The notes: a model not told the origin generated them from the sequence alone. Shown: positions 28,773-39,225, numbered from the stretch's first letter. The stretch: 64,000 bases of DNA from Nostoc sp. DedSLP01 (GCA_034530875.2 JAVRCJ020000002.1:320001-384000), one strand, 5' to 3'. A program made the numbers and translations.

Positions 28773-30041
28773 ATGGCGATCGCAAAATGTCGTTTCAGTG
28801 GCCAACCGTTACACCAAACCTTCGTTGATTTGGGAATGTCACCTTTAGCCAATGCTTATCTGTGCGAAGAACAATTAAATAAAGCCGAAAAGTTTTATCC
28901 TCTCCACGCTTATATTTCTGAAGATACACTTTTAGTTCAATTAGAACAATTTGAAACTCCAGACCAAATTTTTAGCGACTATGCTTACTTTTCTTCCTAC
29001 TCGGCAAGCTGGCTAAAACATGCCAAAGCTTATACCGATATGATGGTAGAAAAGTTTAAATTTAATCGTGATACTCAAGTTATTGAAATTGCCAGTAATG
29101 ACGGTTATTTACTGCAATATTTTTTAGAGAAAGGCATTCCTGTTTTAGGAATCGAACCAGCGGCAAATGTAGCGAAAGTTGCACAAGATAGAGGTATTCC
29201 TAGTATTAACAAGTTTTTTGGAGTTGAAACTGCCAGAGAACTAGTTATGGAAGGAAAACTAGCTGACCTTTTGATAGGTAATAATGTTTTAGCTCATGTA
29301 CCAGATTTAAACGATTTCATCGCTGGAATGAAACTCATCCTTAAACCTAATGGTATCTTGACGATGGAATTTCCTCACATTTTGCAACTCATTGAGCAAA
29401 ATCAGTTTGATACTATTTACCACGAGCATTTTTCCTATTTCTCATTTATTACAATCCAAAAAATCTTTGCGGCACACAACTTGCAAATTTTCGATGTAGA
29501 AGAATTGCCGACTCATGGCGGTTCTCTGAGGATTTATATCAAACATGACTATGCCGATTATCCCAGCATTAGGGAACGAGTTCGGCATTTGAAAGAGAAA
29601 GAAATTGCCGCCGGGCTACATCGCATAGAAACTTACGTCACATTTGCAGAAAAAATCAAAGCAACAAAGCATAAGCTCTTAAGCTTTCTTATCGCAGCTA
29701 AAGCAGAAGGTAAATCAATAGTTGGCTATGGCGCACCAGCTAAAGGTAATACATTACTCAATTATTGTGGTATTGGGAAAGACTTTATTGATTACACAGT
29801 AGATTGTAATCCTTACAAACAAGATTTATTTTTACCTGGCACACATATTCCTATTTTTCATCCAGAAAAAATTCGGGAAACTCAGCCCGATTACGTCCTA
29901 ATTTTACCTTGGAATCTTAAAGAAGAAATTATGGAACAAATGGCATTTATTGGTGAATGGGGCGGACAATTTGTAGTGCCAATTCCTGAAGTGAAAATTT
30001 ATCCTTGTCCTGTTCCTGATAAGGTTTTGATATCGTTGTAA
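28773..30041 (+). CDS. SAM-dependent NDP-sugar C-methyltransferase family protein
   Basis: DLGMSPLAN, YAYFSS, EIASNDG, FDTIYHEH, THGGSLR, GYGAPAKGNTLLNYC, LPGTHIPI. Confidence 0.88.
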   Translation: MAIAKCRFSGQPLHQTFVDLGMSPLANAYLCEEQLNKAEKFYPLHAYISEDTLLVQLEQFETPDQIFSDYAYFSSYSASWLKHAKAYTDMMVEKFKFNRDTQVIEIASNDGYLLQYFLEKGIPVLGIEPAANVAKVAQDRGIPSINKFFGVETARELVMEGKLADLLIGNNVLAHVPDLNDFIAGMKLILKPNGILTMEFPHILQLIEQNQFDTIYHEHFSYFSFITIQKIFAAHNLQIFDVEELPTHGGSLRIYIKHDYADYPSIRERVRHLKEKEIAAGLHRIETYVTFAEKIKATKHKLLSFLIAAKAEGKSIVGYGAPAKGNTLLNYCGIGKDFIDYTVDCNPYKQDLFLPGTHIPIFHPEKIRETQPDYVLILPWNLKEEIMEQMAFIGEWGGQFVVPIPEVKIYPCPVPDKVLISL

Positions 30042-30279
30042 TTACTAATATAAATGAAAACTTCAGATTAGGATTACAGCAGAATTCAGGAGTCAGAATT
30101 TAAAACTAATTAGTGTAGGTGAAGCAACTATAACATTTATAAATACTAAGTCTTCTCTACGATAAATTACACTAACTAGCTAGCTTAGTGCTTTAGATCT
30201 GACTCCTGAATTACTTCTTCTTAAAAGGTGTATTTGCTCTCTAACCACCAATCAGCTATTTTAAAATTCATTCTCTACG

Positions 30280-31287
30280 ATGTCTAAATTACTGACTATT
30301 GCCATTCCTACTTATAATCGCGCTCAATTACTGGATAAACAATTGACATGGCTGGCTCAAGCTATTAAAGGTTTTGAAGATGAATGTGAAATTTTAGTTT
30401 CTGATAATTGCTCTACAGACAATACTCAAGAAGTAGTACAAAAATGGCAAAAAATACTTAGTATTTTAACATTTAAATCGAATAAAAATTCCAAAAATTT
30501 AGGCGTAGTTAAAAATATTATGTATTGCCTAAATTCTACAACAACAAAATATGTTTGGACAATTGGTGATGATGACCCAATTCAGGATAGAGCCGTTGCT
30601 TATGTTATTAACAAACTCAGACAGCACGAAAATTTATCATTATTGTTTCTCAACTTTTCTGGTCGCAACCAAATTACTGGCGAGCCAGTTCATCCACCGA
30701 CAATTGTTGGTAACCGCTGGTTTGATATAGATAGTGAAGACGGTAATGGTAATGGAAAAGCCATATTTGAACATTGCTTTTCAAAAAGTGTCGGTGCAGT
30801 TATCTTTTTAACTGCAACAGTTTATCGCACTGATTTAGTAAAACGCGCTTTACAAATTTGGCCGGACGCTGAAAATAACTGGATTTCTTTAGCATATTTA
30901 GCCGGTTATTGTGCTGCAAATGGTGGTGTAATTGTCACGAAAGAAAATTATTTAGAATGTATTGTTGGCGTGAGTTATTGGCAGAAAGAACCAAAATCTG
31001 CACTGTTAATGCAATACAAGCATATCCCAGAAGTAATTTTGAAATTGCAAGAAAATGGATATTCTAAGCAGTTTTGTAGACGAATGCTTTTGCAAAACGG
31101 TAAAGAAGTCAACTGGAAAGTTTTCTTGGGTGCTTTAAGAAGATGGCCGATGTCTGCCATCAAGACAGTAGTTCCATTTTTGGCTTTAGTAGGCTTTTGT
31201 GCTTTTGACGTGATGGTTTCTAAAGAATTCAAGTTAGCAGAATCCAGTGAAATCTCTGGTCGAGAAATGCGGAGTTACGAGCCATAA
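30280..31287 (+). CDS. GT2 glycosyltransferase
   Basis: IAIPTYNR, SDNCSTD, IGDDD. Confidence 0.88.
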   Translation: MSKLLTIAIPTYNRAQLLDKQLTWLAQAIKGFEDECEILVSDNCSTDNTQEVVQKWQKILSILTFKSNKNSKNLGVVKNIMYCLNSTTTKYVWTIGDDDPIQDRAVAYVINKLRQHENLSLLFLNFSGRNQITGEPVHPPTIVGNRWFDIDSEDGNGNGKAIFEHCFSKSVGAVIFLTATVYRTDLVKRALQIWPDAENNWISLAYLAGYCAANGGVIVTKENYLECIVGVSYWQKEPKSALLMQYKHIPEVILKLQENGYSKQFCRRMLLQNGKEVNWKVFLGALRRWPMSAIKTVVPFLALVGFCAFDVMVSKEFKLAESSEISGREMRSYEP

Positions 31288-31337
31288 GCTATTCAAATTG
31301 TCAAAAAATACGTCGGAAATTAGGAGGAAGTTTCATT

Positions 31338-32183
31338 ATGTTGAATGCAATTAAACACAAAATATCTATGCTGACTTCTGACTTGAAATACTACCTAGCT
31401 CTTTGGAAGCATAGCAAGAAATTGCCAGAATTAGGAGTAGGCGATCGCCAAATTCTTAATGCTCTCAAAAAAGATGGTGCTTATGTGACAACACTTGCAG
31501 ATTTAGGGTTTGATTCTAGCTCAGAACTCCTGAAAGCTGCTTACGAACAATTGTCTCAGATGGAAGACCCAAATAATAGCCATCTAGATGAAAAGTTGCC
31601 ATATATTTATACAGTCACGGGCGTACCAGAAATTTCTAACTGGGGAAAAGAAACAAGACTACTCAATATTATCGAAAATTATATTGGTCTTCCCGTTGCT
31701 TTTCATGGCGTACATCTACGCAAAGATTTTCCGAGCAAACATCAATTTGGGACGCTACTATGGCATAGCGATGCTGAAGACCGCCGTATTATTAAAATCT
31801 TTGTTTATCTGAGTGATGTAGAACAAAAAACGGGGCCATTTGAATATATTCCCCGTTCTTTAGCTCCTGTATTTAGCTGGAAATATATTCAGCTTTACTA
31901 CAAACTTTTCAAGTCTCGTTATCTGGGTATTGACGATGAAGATGTTAAACCAGTCATCCCTAAATCAGCTTGGAAATCCTGCACGGGTGCAGCAGGTACT
32001 GTGATTATTGCAGATACAAAAAAGGCTTTACATCACGGTACAGTCCGCACAGAAGAACGGTCAACATTGTTCTTTTGTTATACTGCTAACCCTCCGGAGA
32101 GGCCAGACCTTTGTACGCAATATTGGGATAATACTTATCACAGAGTAGAGTTAGGTTCTGAATTGGAGGAAGTTAAAGGTTAG
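31338..32183 (+). CDS. 2OG-Fe(II) oxygenase (PhyH-like)
   Basis: WHSD (HxD), KIFVYLSDV, GPFEYIP, LHHG ... R. AGGAGG RBS. Confidence 0.75.
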   Translation: MLNAIKHKISMLTSDLKYYLALWKHSKKLPELGVGDRQILNALKKDGAYVTTLADLGFDSSSELLKAAYEQLSQMEDPNNSHLDEKLPYIYTVTGVPEISNWGKETRLLNIIENYIGLPVAFHGVHLRKDFPSKHQFGTLLWHSDAEDRRIIKIFVYLSDVEQKTGPFEYIPRSLAPVFSWKYIQLYYKLFKSRYLGIDDEDVKPVIPKSAWKSCTGAAGTVIIADTKKALHHGTVRTEERSTLFFCYTANPPERPDLCTQYWDNTYHRVELGSELEEVKG

Positions 32184-32186
32184 GTT

Positions 32187-32305
32187 TCACGCAGAGGAGC
32201 CAGTGCGTTGGGGAGACAGTGCGTTGCGGAGGTTCCCTCCGTTGTAGCAACTGTCGTCGGCTCTGCCGACTTAAAGCAACTGGCGTCGCGCGGAGGCGCG
32301 GAGAG
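32187..32305 (+). repeat. Nested small dispersed repeats
   Basis: A 46-nt element (32212-32257) sits inside a homologous ~45-nt element (32196-32211 plus 32258-32286), itself inside a CACGCAGAGG/CGCGGAGG repeat. Confidence 0.75.
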
Positions 32306-32344
32306 AAGAGGGAGTAAGTCAATATTTATCTTAGGGGAACCAAT

Positions 32345-32899
32345 ATGATTTTTACTGAAACTGAGCTTAAAGACGCATTCATTATTGATTTGGAAGAAAA
32401 GGCAGATAGTCGTGGTTTTTTTGCTCGGACTTTTTGCGCTCAAGAATTTGAAGTGCGGGGTTTGAAGCCGACAGTTGCCCAATGTAATCTGTCTTTTAAT
32501 TACAAAAAAGGCACGATTCGAGGAATGCATTATCAAGTTTTGCCAGCAGCAGAAACAAAATTAATTCGCTGTACCAAAGGCGCTATCTATGACGTAATTA
32601 TTGATATGCGTCCCGAATCTCCAACCTTTTTATCGCACATTGGCGTAGAACTAACTCCAGAAAATCGCCGCGCTTTGTATGTTCCAGAAATGTTTGCTCA
32701 CGGTTATCAAGCACTCACAGATGAAACCGAAGTTGTTTATCAAGTAGGCGAATTTTACACACCTGGATACGAACGCGGTCTACGATACGACGACCCATTT
32801 TTTAACATTGATTGGCCTCTAGATGTAACTGAAATCTCCGAAAAAGATCTAAATTGGCCCCTATTAAGAATGATGACCATCGGCGCCACAATTTCCTAA
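32345..32899 (+). CDS. rfbC: dTDP-4-dehydrorhamnose 3,5-epimerase family protein
   Basis: DSRGFFAR, GTIRGMHYQ, ETKLIRC, IDMRPESPT, FAHGYQAL, IDWP...SEKD. Confidence 0.9.
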   Translation: MIFTETELKDAFIIDLEEKADSRGFFARTFCAQEFEVRGLKPTVAQCNLSFNYKKGTIRGMHYQVLPAAETKLIRCTKGAIYDVIIDMRPESPTFLSHIGVELTPENRRALYVPEMFAHGYQALTDETEVVYQVGEFYTPGYERGLRYDDPFFNIDWPLDVTEISEKDLNWPLLRMMTIGATIS

Positions 32900-32910
32900 T
32901 CATCTCACCT

Positions 32911-32987
32911 CCTCTCCGCGCGACGGACACTTTCCTCAAGTCGGGAAACCCGCCCACAGAAGTGTCCTCCTCCGCGCCTCTGCGTGA
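32911..32987 (-). repeat. Third copy of the GGAG...CGT structured element (32923-32970) inside a CGCGGAGG repeat
   Basis: Reverse complement GGAGGACACTT...GGGCGG..CCGACTTGA..AAGTGTCCGT. Confidence 0.7.
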
Positions 32988-33011
32988 AAAAATTAATCAA
33001 GGTAGAAATAA

Positions 33012-34250
33012 ATGCCAACCAATATTCTATCTCCTATAACCAACCCCATCTCTCTAATCTCCAAAAAAATCCAAGCCCGCATCAATTACGCCAAAACCTT
33101 ACAAGTTGTTTCCCTCAAACCCAAACAACCTTCTAAAGGAAACGTACTTCTTTCTTATCGAATTGAGCCATTTTTATTAAAACCAGGTCAGCCAATGCCT
33201 AACGACCATACTTGGTATTGGGAAGTTTGGCAAATAGCGCAAACTTTTTTAGACTTGCGCTACAACGTTGATGTCATCCAGTTTCACAATGATAAATTCG
33301 TTCCCCAAAAAGATTACGCATTTTTCATTGATATTCGTCACCGAATGGAGGCACTTGCACCAAAACTAAATAAAGATTGCATCAAAATTTTTCACGTTGA
33401 CATTGCGAATATGGTGTTTCGTAATGCAGCTGAATGCAACAGGCTTCTAGAACTCCAACAACGCAGAGGAATTACTTTAACTCCACAGCGATTTGAAACG
33501 CCTAATTTGGGAATCGAATATGCGGACTGTGCCACCGTTTTAGGCAACGATTTTACAGTTGGTACATTCCAATATGCCAACAAACCAATGTATCGCATTC
33601 CGATTTCTACGCCTATTGTTTATCCCTATCCAGAAAACAAAGATTTTGAAGCAGTTAGAAAAAACTTTCTCTGGTTTGGTGGTAGTGCTTTAGTTCTCAA
33701 AGGACTAGATTTAGTTTTAGATGCTTTTGCTCAAATGCCAGAATACCATTTAATGGTTTGCGGCCCAATTAGTAACGATAAAGAATTTGAGAAGGCTTTC
33801 TATAAGGAACTCTACGAAACACCAAACATTCATACCTATGGCTGGATTGATGTTAGTAGTCCTGAGTTTATCAAGGTAACAAATAATTGTCTTGGACTTG
33901 TTTATCCTTCCGTTTCTGAGGGACAGTCAGGAGCAGTTATCAGTTGCTTGCACGCTGGATTAATTCCAATTTTAAGCTACGAATCTGGTGTGGATGTCCA
34001 CGATTTTGGTGTGATTTTTGATAACCTTTCCTTGGAAGAAATTAAAGCAAAAGTTAAAAGTATTTCTAATTTGCCTGTAGAAGACCTGAAAGTTATGTCT
34101 CAAAAAGCATGGGAATACGCAAGAGCAAATCATACCAGAGAAAAGTTTGCTCAAGCATATCGCAATGCTGTGGAACAAATGCTCGAACAACAAAAATCTC
34201 AAAAACAGAGTTATTTCATAGAATATAACAAGCAATTAGTTAATACTTAA
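33012..34250 (+). CDS. GT4-like (GT-B) glycosyltransferase
   Basis: KGLDLVLDAF, YPSVSEGQSGAV...AGLIP. Confidence 0.8.
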   Translation: MPTNILSPITNPISLISKKIQARINYAKTLQVVSLKPKQPSKGNVLLSYRIEPFLLKPGQPMPNDHTWYWEVWQIAQTFLDLRYNVDVIQFHNDKFVPQKDYAFFIDIRHRMEALAPKLNKDCIKIFHVDIANMVFRNAAECNRLLELQQRRGITLTPQRFETPNLGIEYADCATVLGNDFTVGTFQYANKPMYRIPISTPIVYPYPENKDFEAVRKNFLWFGGSALVLKGLDLVLDAFAQMPEYHLMVCGPISNDKEFEKAFYKELYETPNIHTYGWIDVSSPEFIKVTNNCLGLVYPSVSEGQSGAVISCLHAGLIPILSYESGVDVHDFGVIFDNLSLEEIKAKVKSISNLPVEDLKVMSQKAWEYARANHTREKFAQAYRNAVEQMLEQQKSQKQSYFIEYNKQLVNT

Positions 34251-34360
34251 TACTAATTGCAACTGAAAATGTACTTAATAGTAAATTGTAACAAATTATT
34301 AGGTGCAAAATTATTGGGAATTTGTAACACAACAAACAGTTCTAAAAAGGAGTTTAGTTC

Positions 34361-35677
34361 ATGATTATTATCGATCGCGCCTTACAAGCTAGAGCAGCAG
34401 CAGGCAATCCTATTAAAGTCGGGATGATTGGTGCTGGTTTTATGGGTCGAGGAATTGCCAATCAAATTGTCAATTCAGTCCCAGGAATGGAGTTAGTTGC
34501 TATCTTTAATCGCAAGATTGATGCAGCTAAACAAGCTTATTCAGAAGCAGGAATTGAAGATATTCAAGTTGTTGCAACTGTCGGCGAATTAGAAGATGCG
34601 ATCGCCAACGGGAAATATGCAGTCACAGAAGACGCTAAGTTACTGTGTCAGGCAGAGAGTATCGATGCACTCATCGAAGTTACCGGTGCGATTGAATTTG
34701 GCGCTCAAATCGTCATGGAAGCGATCGCACATCGCAAACATGTGATTATGATGAATGCCGAACTCGATGGCACCATTGGCCCCATCCTGAAAGTCTATGC
34801 TGACAGAGCAGGCGTCATCCTCAGCGCTTGTGATGGCGATCAGCCAGGGGTGCAAATGAACCTCTACCGATTTGTCAAAAGCATTGGTTTAACTCCACTT
34901 TTGTGCGGTAACATTAAAGGACTTCAAGACCCCTATCGCAACCCTACCACCCAGGAAGGATTTGCCAAACGTTGGGGTCAAAAGCCTCACATGGTGGCTA
35001 GCTTTGCCGATGGCACCAAAATTTCCTTCGAGCAAGCGATTGTAGCCAATGCCACAGGCATGAAAGTCGCCAAACGAGGAATGCTCGGATATGACTTCAC
35101 CGGCTACGTCGATGAAATGACCCAACTATATGATGTCGAACAACTCAAAGAACTGGGCGGTATCGTCGATTATGTAGTTGGAGCCAAACCCGGCCCTGGC
35201 GTATACGTATTTGCTACTCACGACGATCCCAAGCAACGCCACTATCTCAACTTATACAAATTAGGTGAAGGCCCTCTTTACAGTTTCTATACTCCTTATC
35301 ACCTCTGTCATTTTGAAGTTCCCCTATCCGTAGCGCGTGTAGTTTTGTTTGGTGATGCCGTCATGTCTCCCCTAGCAGGGCCCTTAGTAGATGTTGTCAC
35401 CACCGCCAAAATCGACCTCAAAGCCGGAGAAACCCTCGATGGCATCGGCTACTACATGACCTACGGACAATGCGAAAATTCCGATATCGTCCAACAGCAA
35501 AATCTCCTACCAATCGGTTTAGCCGAAGGATGTCGCCTCAAGCGGGACATTTCTAGAGATGAAGTCCTGACATACGACGATGTAGAATTACCCCCAGGCA
35601 GACTTTGCGATCGGTTACGAGCCGAACAAAACAGCTATTTCGCCCCAGAAAAAATCCTGGCGGCAGCTGGGTATTAG
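34361..35677 (+). CDS. NAD(P)-dependent oxidoreductase with C-terminal SAF domain (homoserine dehydrogenase-like)
   Basis: IGAGFMGRG, NAELD, GDQPG, DGTK, LDGIGYY, LPIGLAEG. Confidence 0.85.
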   Translation: MIIIDRALQARAAAGNPIKVGMIGAGFMGRGIANQIVNSVPGMELVAIFNRKIDAAKQAYSEAGIEDIQVVATVGELEDAIANGKYAVTEDAKLLCQAESIDALIEVTGAIEFGAQIVMEAIAHRKHVIMMNAELDGTIGPILKVYADRAGVILSACDGDQPGVQMNLYRFVKSIGLTPLLCGNIKGLQDPYRNPTTQEGFAKRWGQKPHMVASFADGTKISFEQAIVANATGMKVAKRGMLGYDFTGYVDEMTQLYDVEQLKELGGIVDYVVGAKPGPGVYVFATHDDPKQRHYLNLYKLGEGPLYSFYTPYHLCHFEVPLSVARVVLFGDAVMSPLAGPLVDVVTTAKIDLKAGETLDGIGYYMTYGQCENSDIVQQQNLLPIGLAEGCRLKRDISRDEVLTYDDVELPPGRLCDRLRAEQNSYFAPEKILAAAGY

Positions 35678-35699
35678 GATTTCATCCGGTTAAAGATAC

Positions 35700-35780
35700 G
35701 GGGATGGGGAGATAGGGAGATGGGGAGAAATAATTAATGCCCCATTCCCCACTCCCTATTCCCCATTCCCCATTCCCCAT
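35700..35780. repeat. GGGGAGAT and CCCCATT short tandem repeats
   Basis: Purine-rich repeat followed by an inverted pyrimidine-rich CCCCATT/CCCCACT array. Confidence 0.75.
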
Positions 35781-35793
35781 TTTCTTAAAATTC

Positions 35794-36885
35794 ATGAAAA
35801 TTGCTCTAGTCCACGATTATTTAACTCAACGGGGTGGGGCAGAGCGTGTATTTGAACTGCTTTGTAAGCGTTATCCTGAAGCAGACATTTTCACGTCTCT
35901 GTACGATCCGCAAAAAACTATCGACCTTAGCGATCGCATAGTTAATACAACATTCTTACAAAAGATTCCCTGTGCAGCAAAGTATTTTAGGTCAATGGCA
36001 CCTTTGTACTTTCCTGCTTTTCGTGCCTTAGATTTGCAAGACTACGATTTGATTATTAGTAGTAGCACTAGCTTTGCCAAAGCAGTACGGAAAAATCCCA
36101 GGGCTAGGCACATTTGTTTTTGTCATAATGTGACTCGTTTCTTATGGGATACGGCAACTTATTTAAAAGAGTATGGAGACTATAAATATTTTGCTCCTTT
36201 AATCGAGCAAGTCTTCCAAGTAATGAGAAAGGTAGACTTAAAATACTCACAAGAACCTGACATTTATATTGCTAATTCTAGCGTTGTTGCACGCCGTATT
36301 GAAAATATTTATGGCAAACAGGCAATAATGGTTAACTATCCAATTGATACTAGTAAATTTGTTTTTTCTGATATTAAAGATGAATATTATCTGGCCTCTG
36401 CTCGAATGATTAGTTATAAGCGTCTTGATGTCATAGTCGAAGCTTTTAACTGGTTAGGCTGGCAATTATTAATCTCAGGTGATGGCCCAGAACTAGAACG
36501 GTTAAAAGCCAAAGCATTACAAAATATTCAATTTTTGGGACACGTCAGCGATAAGACACGCAAAGACTTATTTTCTAAAGCCAAGTCAATTATCGTTGCA
36601 GCTTTAGAAGACTACGGATTAGTTCCAGTAGAGGCTAACGCCAGCGGTACACCAGTTATTGCTTATGGAGCAGGTGGAGTATTAGATACTCAAATACCTG
36701 GTGAAACTGGAGTCTTTTTCAAAAGACAAACACCCGATTCTTTGCAAGTTGCATTACAAGAAGCTAAAGGAATCTCTTGGAATTACGATCGCATTCGTCA
36801 TCATGCAGTCGCAAATTTTTCTGAAAATGCCTTCTTTAACAAAGTTGAGCGAATTATTCATCAAGCTTGCAGCGTGCAAATTTAA
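35794..36885 (+). CDS. GT4 glycosyltransferase
   Basis: MKIALVHDYLTQRGGAERV, YKRLD, EDYGLVPVEANASGTPV. Start set at ATG 35794. Confidence 0.92.
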   Translation: MKIALVHDYLTQRGGAERVFELLCKRYPEADIFTSLYDPQKTIDLSDRIVNTTFLQKIPCAAKYFRSMAPLYFPAFRALDLQDYDLIISSSTSFAKAVRKNPRARHICFCHNVTRFLWDTATYLKEYGDYKYFAPLIEQVFQVMRKVDLKYSQEPDIYIANSSVVARRIENIYGKQAIMVNYPIDTSKFVFSDIKDEYYLASARMISYKRLDVIVEAFNWLGWQLLISGDGPELERLKAKALQNIQFLGHVSDKTRKDLFSKAKSIIVAALEDYGLVPVEANASGTPVIAYGAGGVLDTQIPGETGVFFKRQTPDSLQVALQEAKGISWNYDRIRHHAVANFSENAFFNKVERIIHQACSVQI

Positions 36886-36966
36886 TCAGAATTCAGGAGT
36901 CATAATTCTGAATTCTGAATTCTGGTTTTTTTATCTCTAGCGTAAATTCTGGTAAGGATAATCAAA

Positions 36967-39195
36967 GTGGTTCAAACTAGTCTAAATCCGCATCTAAATC
37001 CTGCGTCTGAAAATGAACCCAGTTACGGGCAAATGTTTGCTGTATTGATGCGGAGATTTCCTTGGTTTTTAATAGTATTGCTCGGTTCTGTTACTATTGC
37101 AGGAATAATAACTTTAAAAACCAAACCAACTTTTAGAAGTTCTATGCAACTGCTAGTAGAACCTAACTATCAAGGTAAACAAGAAGGCGGTGGCATAGAA
37201 AGCCAATTTACAGACTCTAATGTTGTAATAGACACTGCAACCCAGCTTAACTTGATGCAAAGTTCGGGTTTAATCCAAAAAGCAGTTGATAAACTTCAGT
37301 CTGAATATCCAGACATCACTACAGCAGAAATTAAAAGTTCTTTGTCCTTAATGCAATTAAGAAGCAAAGAAGATAACGTTGCCACTAAAATTTTTCAAAT
37401 TGAATACACAAATTTAGACCCAGAGAAAACACAAAAAGTTCTAGATGCAATTCGACAAGTTTATCTAGAATACAACAAACAACAACAAGATTCGCGTTTA
37501 CAAAAGGGTCTACAAATTATCAGAGAACAGTTAGCTAAAGCCAGTGAAGAGGTGAAAGCGGCTGAAACAAACCTCCAAAGATTTCGCAGAAACCAAAATT
37601 TAATTGACCCTGAATCGCAAGCTAAAGCGATTGAGACAGCTTTAAACAATATCGCTCAAGAACGCCAAACAGCTCGCGCTCAATATGGCGAAGCTTTAGC
37701 ACGGCAAAAATCTTTAGAAGAGCAACTTAACCGTTCTCCACAAAATGCTTTAGTAGCTTCTCGGTTGAGTCAGTCTACTCGCTATCAAGGCTTACTTAAC
37801 GAAATCCAAAAAACAGAATTAGCCCTAGCACAAGAACGCTTGCGCTTTACAGATCAAACTCCCAGCGTCCAAAAGCTCAAAGAACAACTCCAAAGTCAAA
37901 AGGAATTACTGCAACAAGAAGTAGGAAGAACTTTAGGCGGTAAATCTGCTAGTGCATTTGTTTCTGGAGATTCTCTCCTGGAAAAAGGACAACTCGGTGA
38001 AATCGATCTCAACCTTGCTAATCAGTTAGTAGAAACGCAAACAAATCTAGTTGCTTTAAGCGCCCGCGATCGAACTTTGGCTAACAAAGAAAACGAATTA
38101 CGTTTTGAACTCAAACGTTTTCCACCTTTGTTAGCTTATTACAATCGGATGCTACCGCAGCTACAATTTAGCCGTGAAAGATTAGAGCAACTTTTAAGGG
38201 CAGAACAACAACTGCGGCAAGAATTGGCTAAGGGTGGATTTAATTGGGAAGTTGTAGAAGAACCTCAAAAAGGCGCACAATTAGGCCCTAACCTCCAGCA
38301 GAATTTAATGTTAGGTGCAGTAGTTGGGTTAATGTTAGGAGGTATTGCTGTCTTTATTCGCGAATCAATTGATGATTCGGTTCATACTACTGCTGAATTA
38401 GAGAGACAAATACCACTGCCATTGTTAGGAACTACTCCTAAATTACCGCCAGCAAAACCAAGAGAATCAATGATTAAATTGCCTTTTGGCAAGCCAGAAG
38501 TTCTCGCGCCTTGGACAATTCAAGTATTGCAATCTCCACCACGTTGGGAATCGCTGGATCTGATTTACAAAAACATTGAACTTTTAAATGCTGTTGCTAA
38601 TTTGAAATCTTTGATGGTCACCTCGGCTTTACCAGATGAGGGTAAATCAGCTTTAGCGTTGGGTTTGGCAATGAGTGCTGCGCGTTTACATAAAAGAGTA
38701 CTCTTGATTGATGCCAACTTACGCGATCCTAGCCTGCACGAACAGCTAAATCTCCCCAACGAACAGGGACTTTCAACTCTACTATCTAGCGATGCAACTC
38801 TACCCAATCAAATTAGTATTCAGTACACAGGTTCAGCCTACATCGATATTTTGACAGCCGGGCCGAGACCTGCTGACCCAGCTAATCTTTTAAGTTCCCC
38901 TCGGATGATGCAATTAATGGCAGCATTTGAAGAAAACTATGATTTGGTACTCATAGATGCTTCGCCAGTTCTCGGTATGGTGGACGCGATGCTTACTGCA
39001 TCATCATCTCGTAGTGTGGTCATGGTTGCAAGTATCGGTATTGTGACTAGAAGCCAACTGGCTCAAGCTACAGCCATGTTGAGCAAATTAAACTTGATTG
39101 GAGTTGTAGCAAATGGGGTATCGAACTCTAGCGCTAGTTACGTACCTTATGTAAAACAACAACAATTAGCTCTGCGCCAAGCTGTAGAAAAATAG
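36967..39195 (+). CDS. Polysaccharide co-polymerase / tyrosine autokinase (Wzc/GumC family)
   Basis: Two TM segments flanking a coiled coil; TSALPDEGKS, LIDANLR, LIDASP. Confidence 0.9.
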   Translation: MVQTSLNPHLNPASENEPSYGQMFAVLMRRFPWFLIVLLGSVTIAGIITLKTKPTFRSSMQLLVEPNYQGKQEGGGIESQFTDSNVVIDTATQLNLMQSSGLIQKAVDKLQSEYPDITTAEIKSSLSLMQLRSKEDNVATKIFQIEYTNLDPEKTQKVLDAIRQVYLEYNKQQQDSRLQKGLQIIREQLAKASEEVKAAETNLQRFRRNQNLIDPESQAKAIETALNNIAQERQTARAQYGEALARQKSLEEQLNRSPQNALVASRLSQSTRYQGLLNEIQKTELALAQERLRFTDQTPSVQKLKEQLQSQKELLQQEVGRTLGGKSASAFVSGDSLLEKGQLGEIDLNLANQLVETQTNLVALSARDRTLANKENELRFELKRFPPLLAYYNRMLPQLQFSRERLEQLLRAEQQLRQELAKGGFNWEVVEEPQKGAQLGPNLQQNLMLGAVVGLMLGGIAVFIRESIDDSVHTTAELERQIPLPLLGTTPKLPPAKPRESMIKLPFGKPEVLAPWTIQVLQSPPRWESLDLIYKNIELLNAVANLKSLMVTSALPDEGKSALALGLAMSAARLHKRVLLIDANLRDPSLHEQLNLPNEQGLSTLLSSDATLPNQISIQYTGSAYIDILTAGPRPADPANLLSSPRMMQLMAAFEENYDLVLIDASPVLGMVDAMLTASSSRSVVMVASIGIVTRSQLAQATAMLSKLNLIGVVANGVSNSSASYVPYVKQQQLALRQAVEK

Positions 39196-39225
39196 ATTTT
39201 GGGTATTGGTTGGTATGAACCCAGA

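Noticed and set aside
35737..35793. N-terminal extension MPHSPLPIPHSPFP of the GT4
   Set aside because: It is a translation of CCCCATT repeats; the family-typical start is MKIALVHD at 35794.
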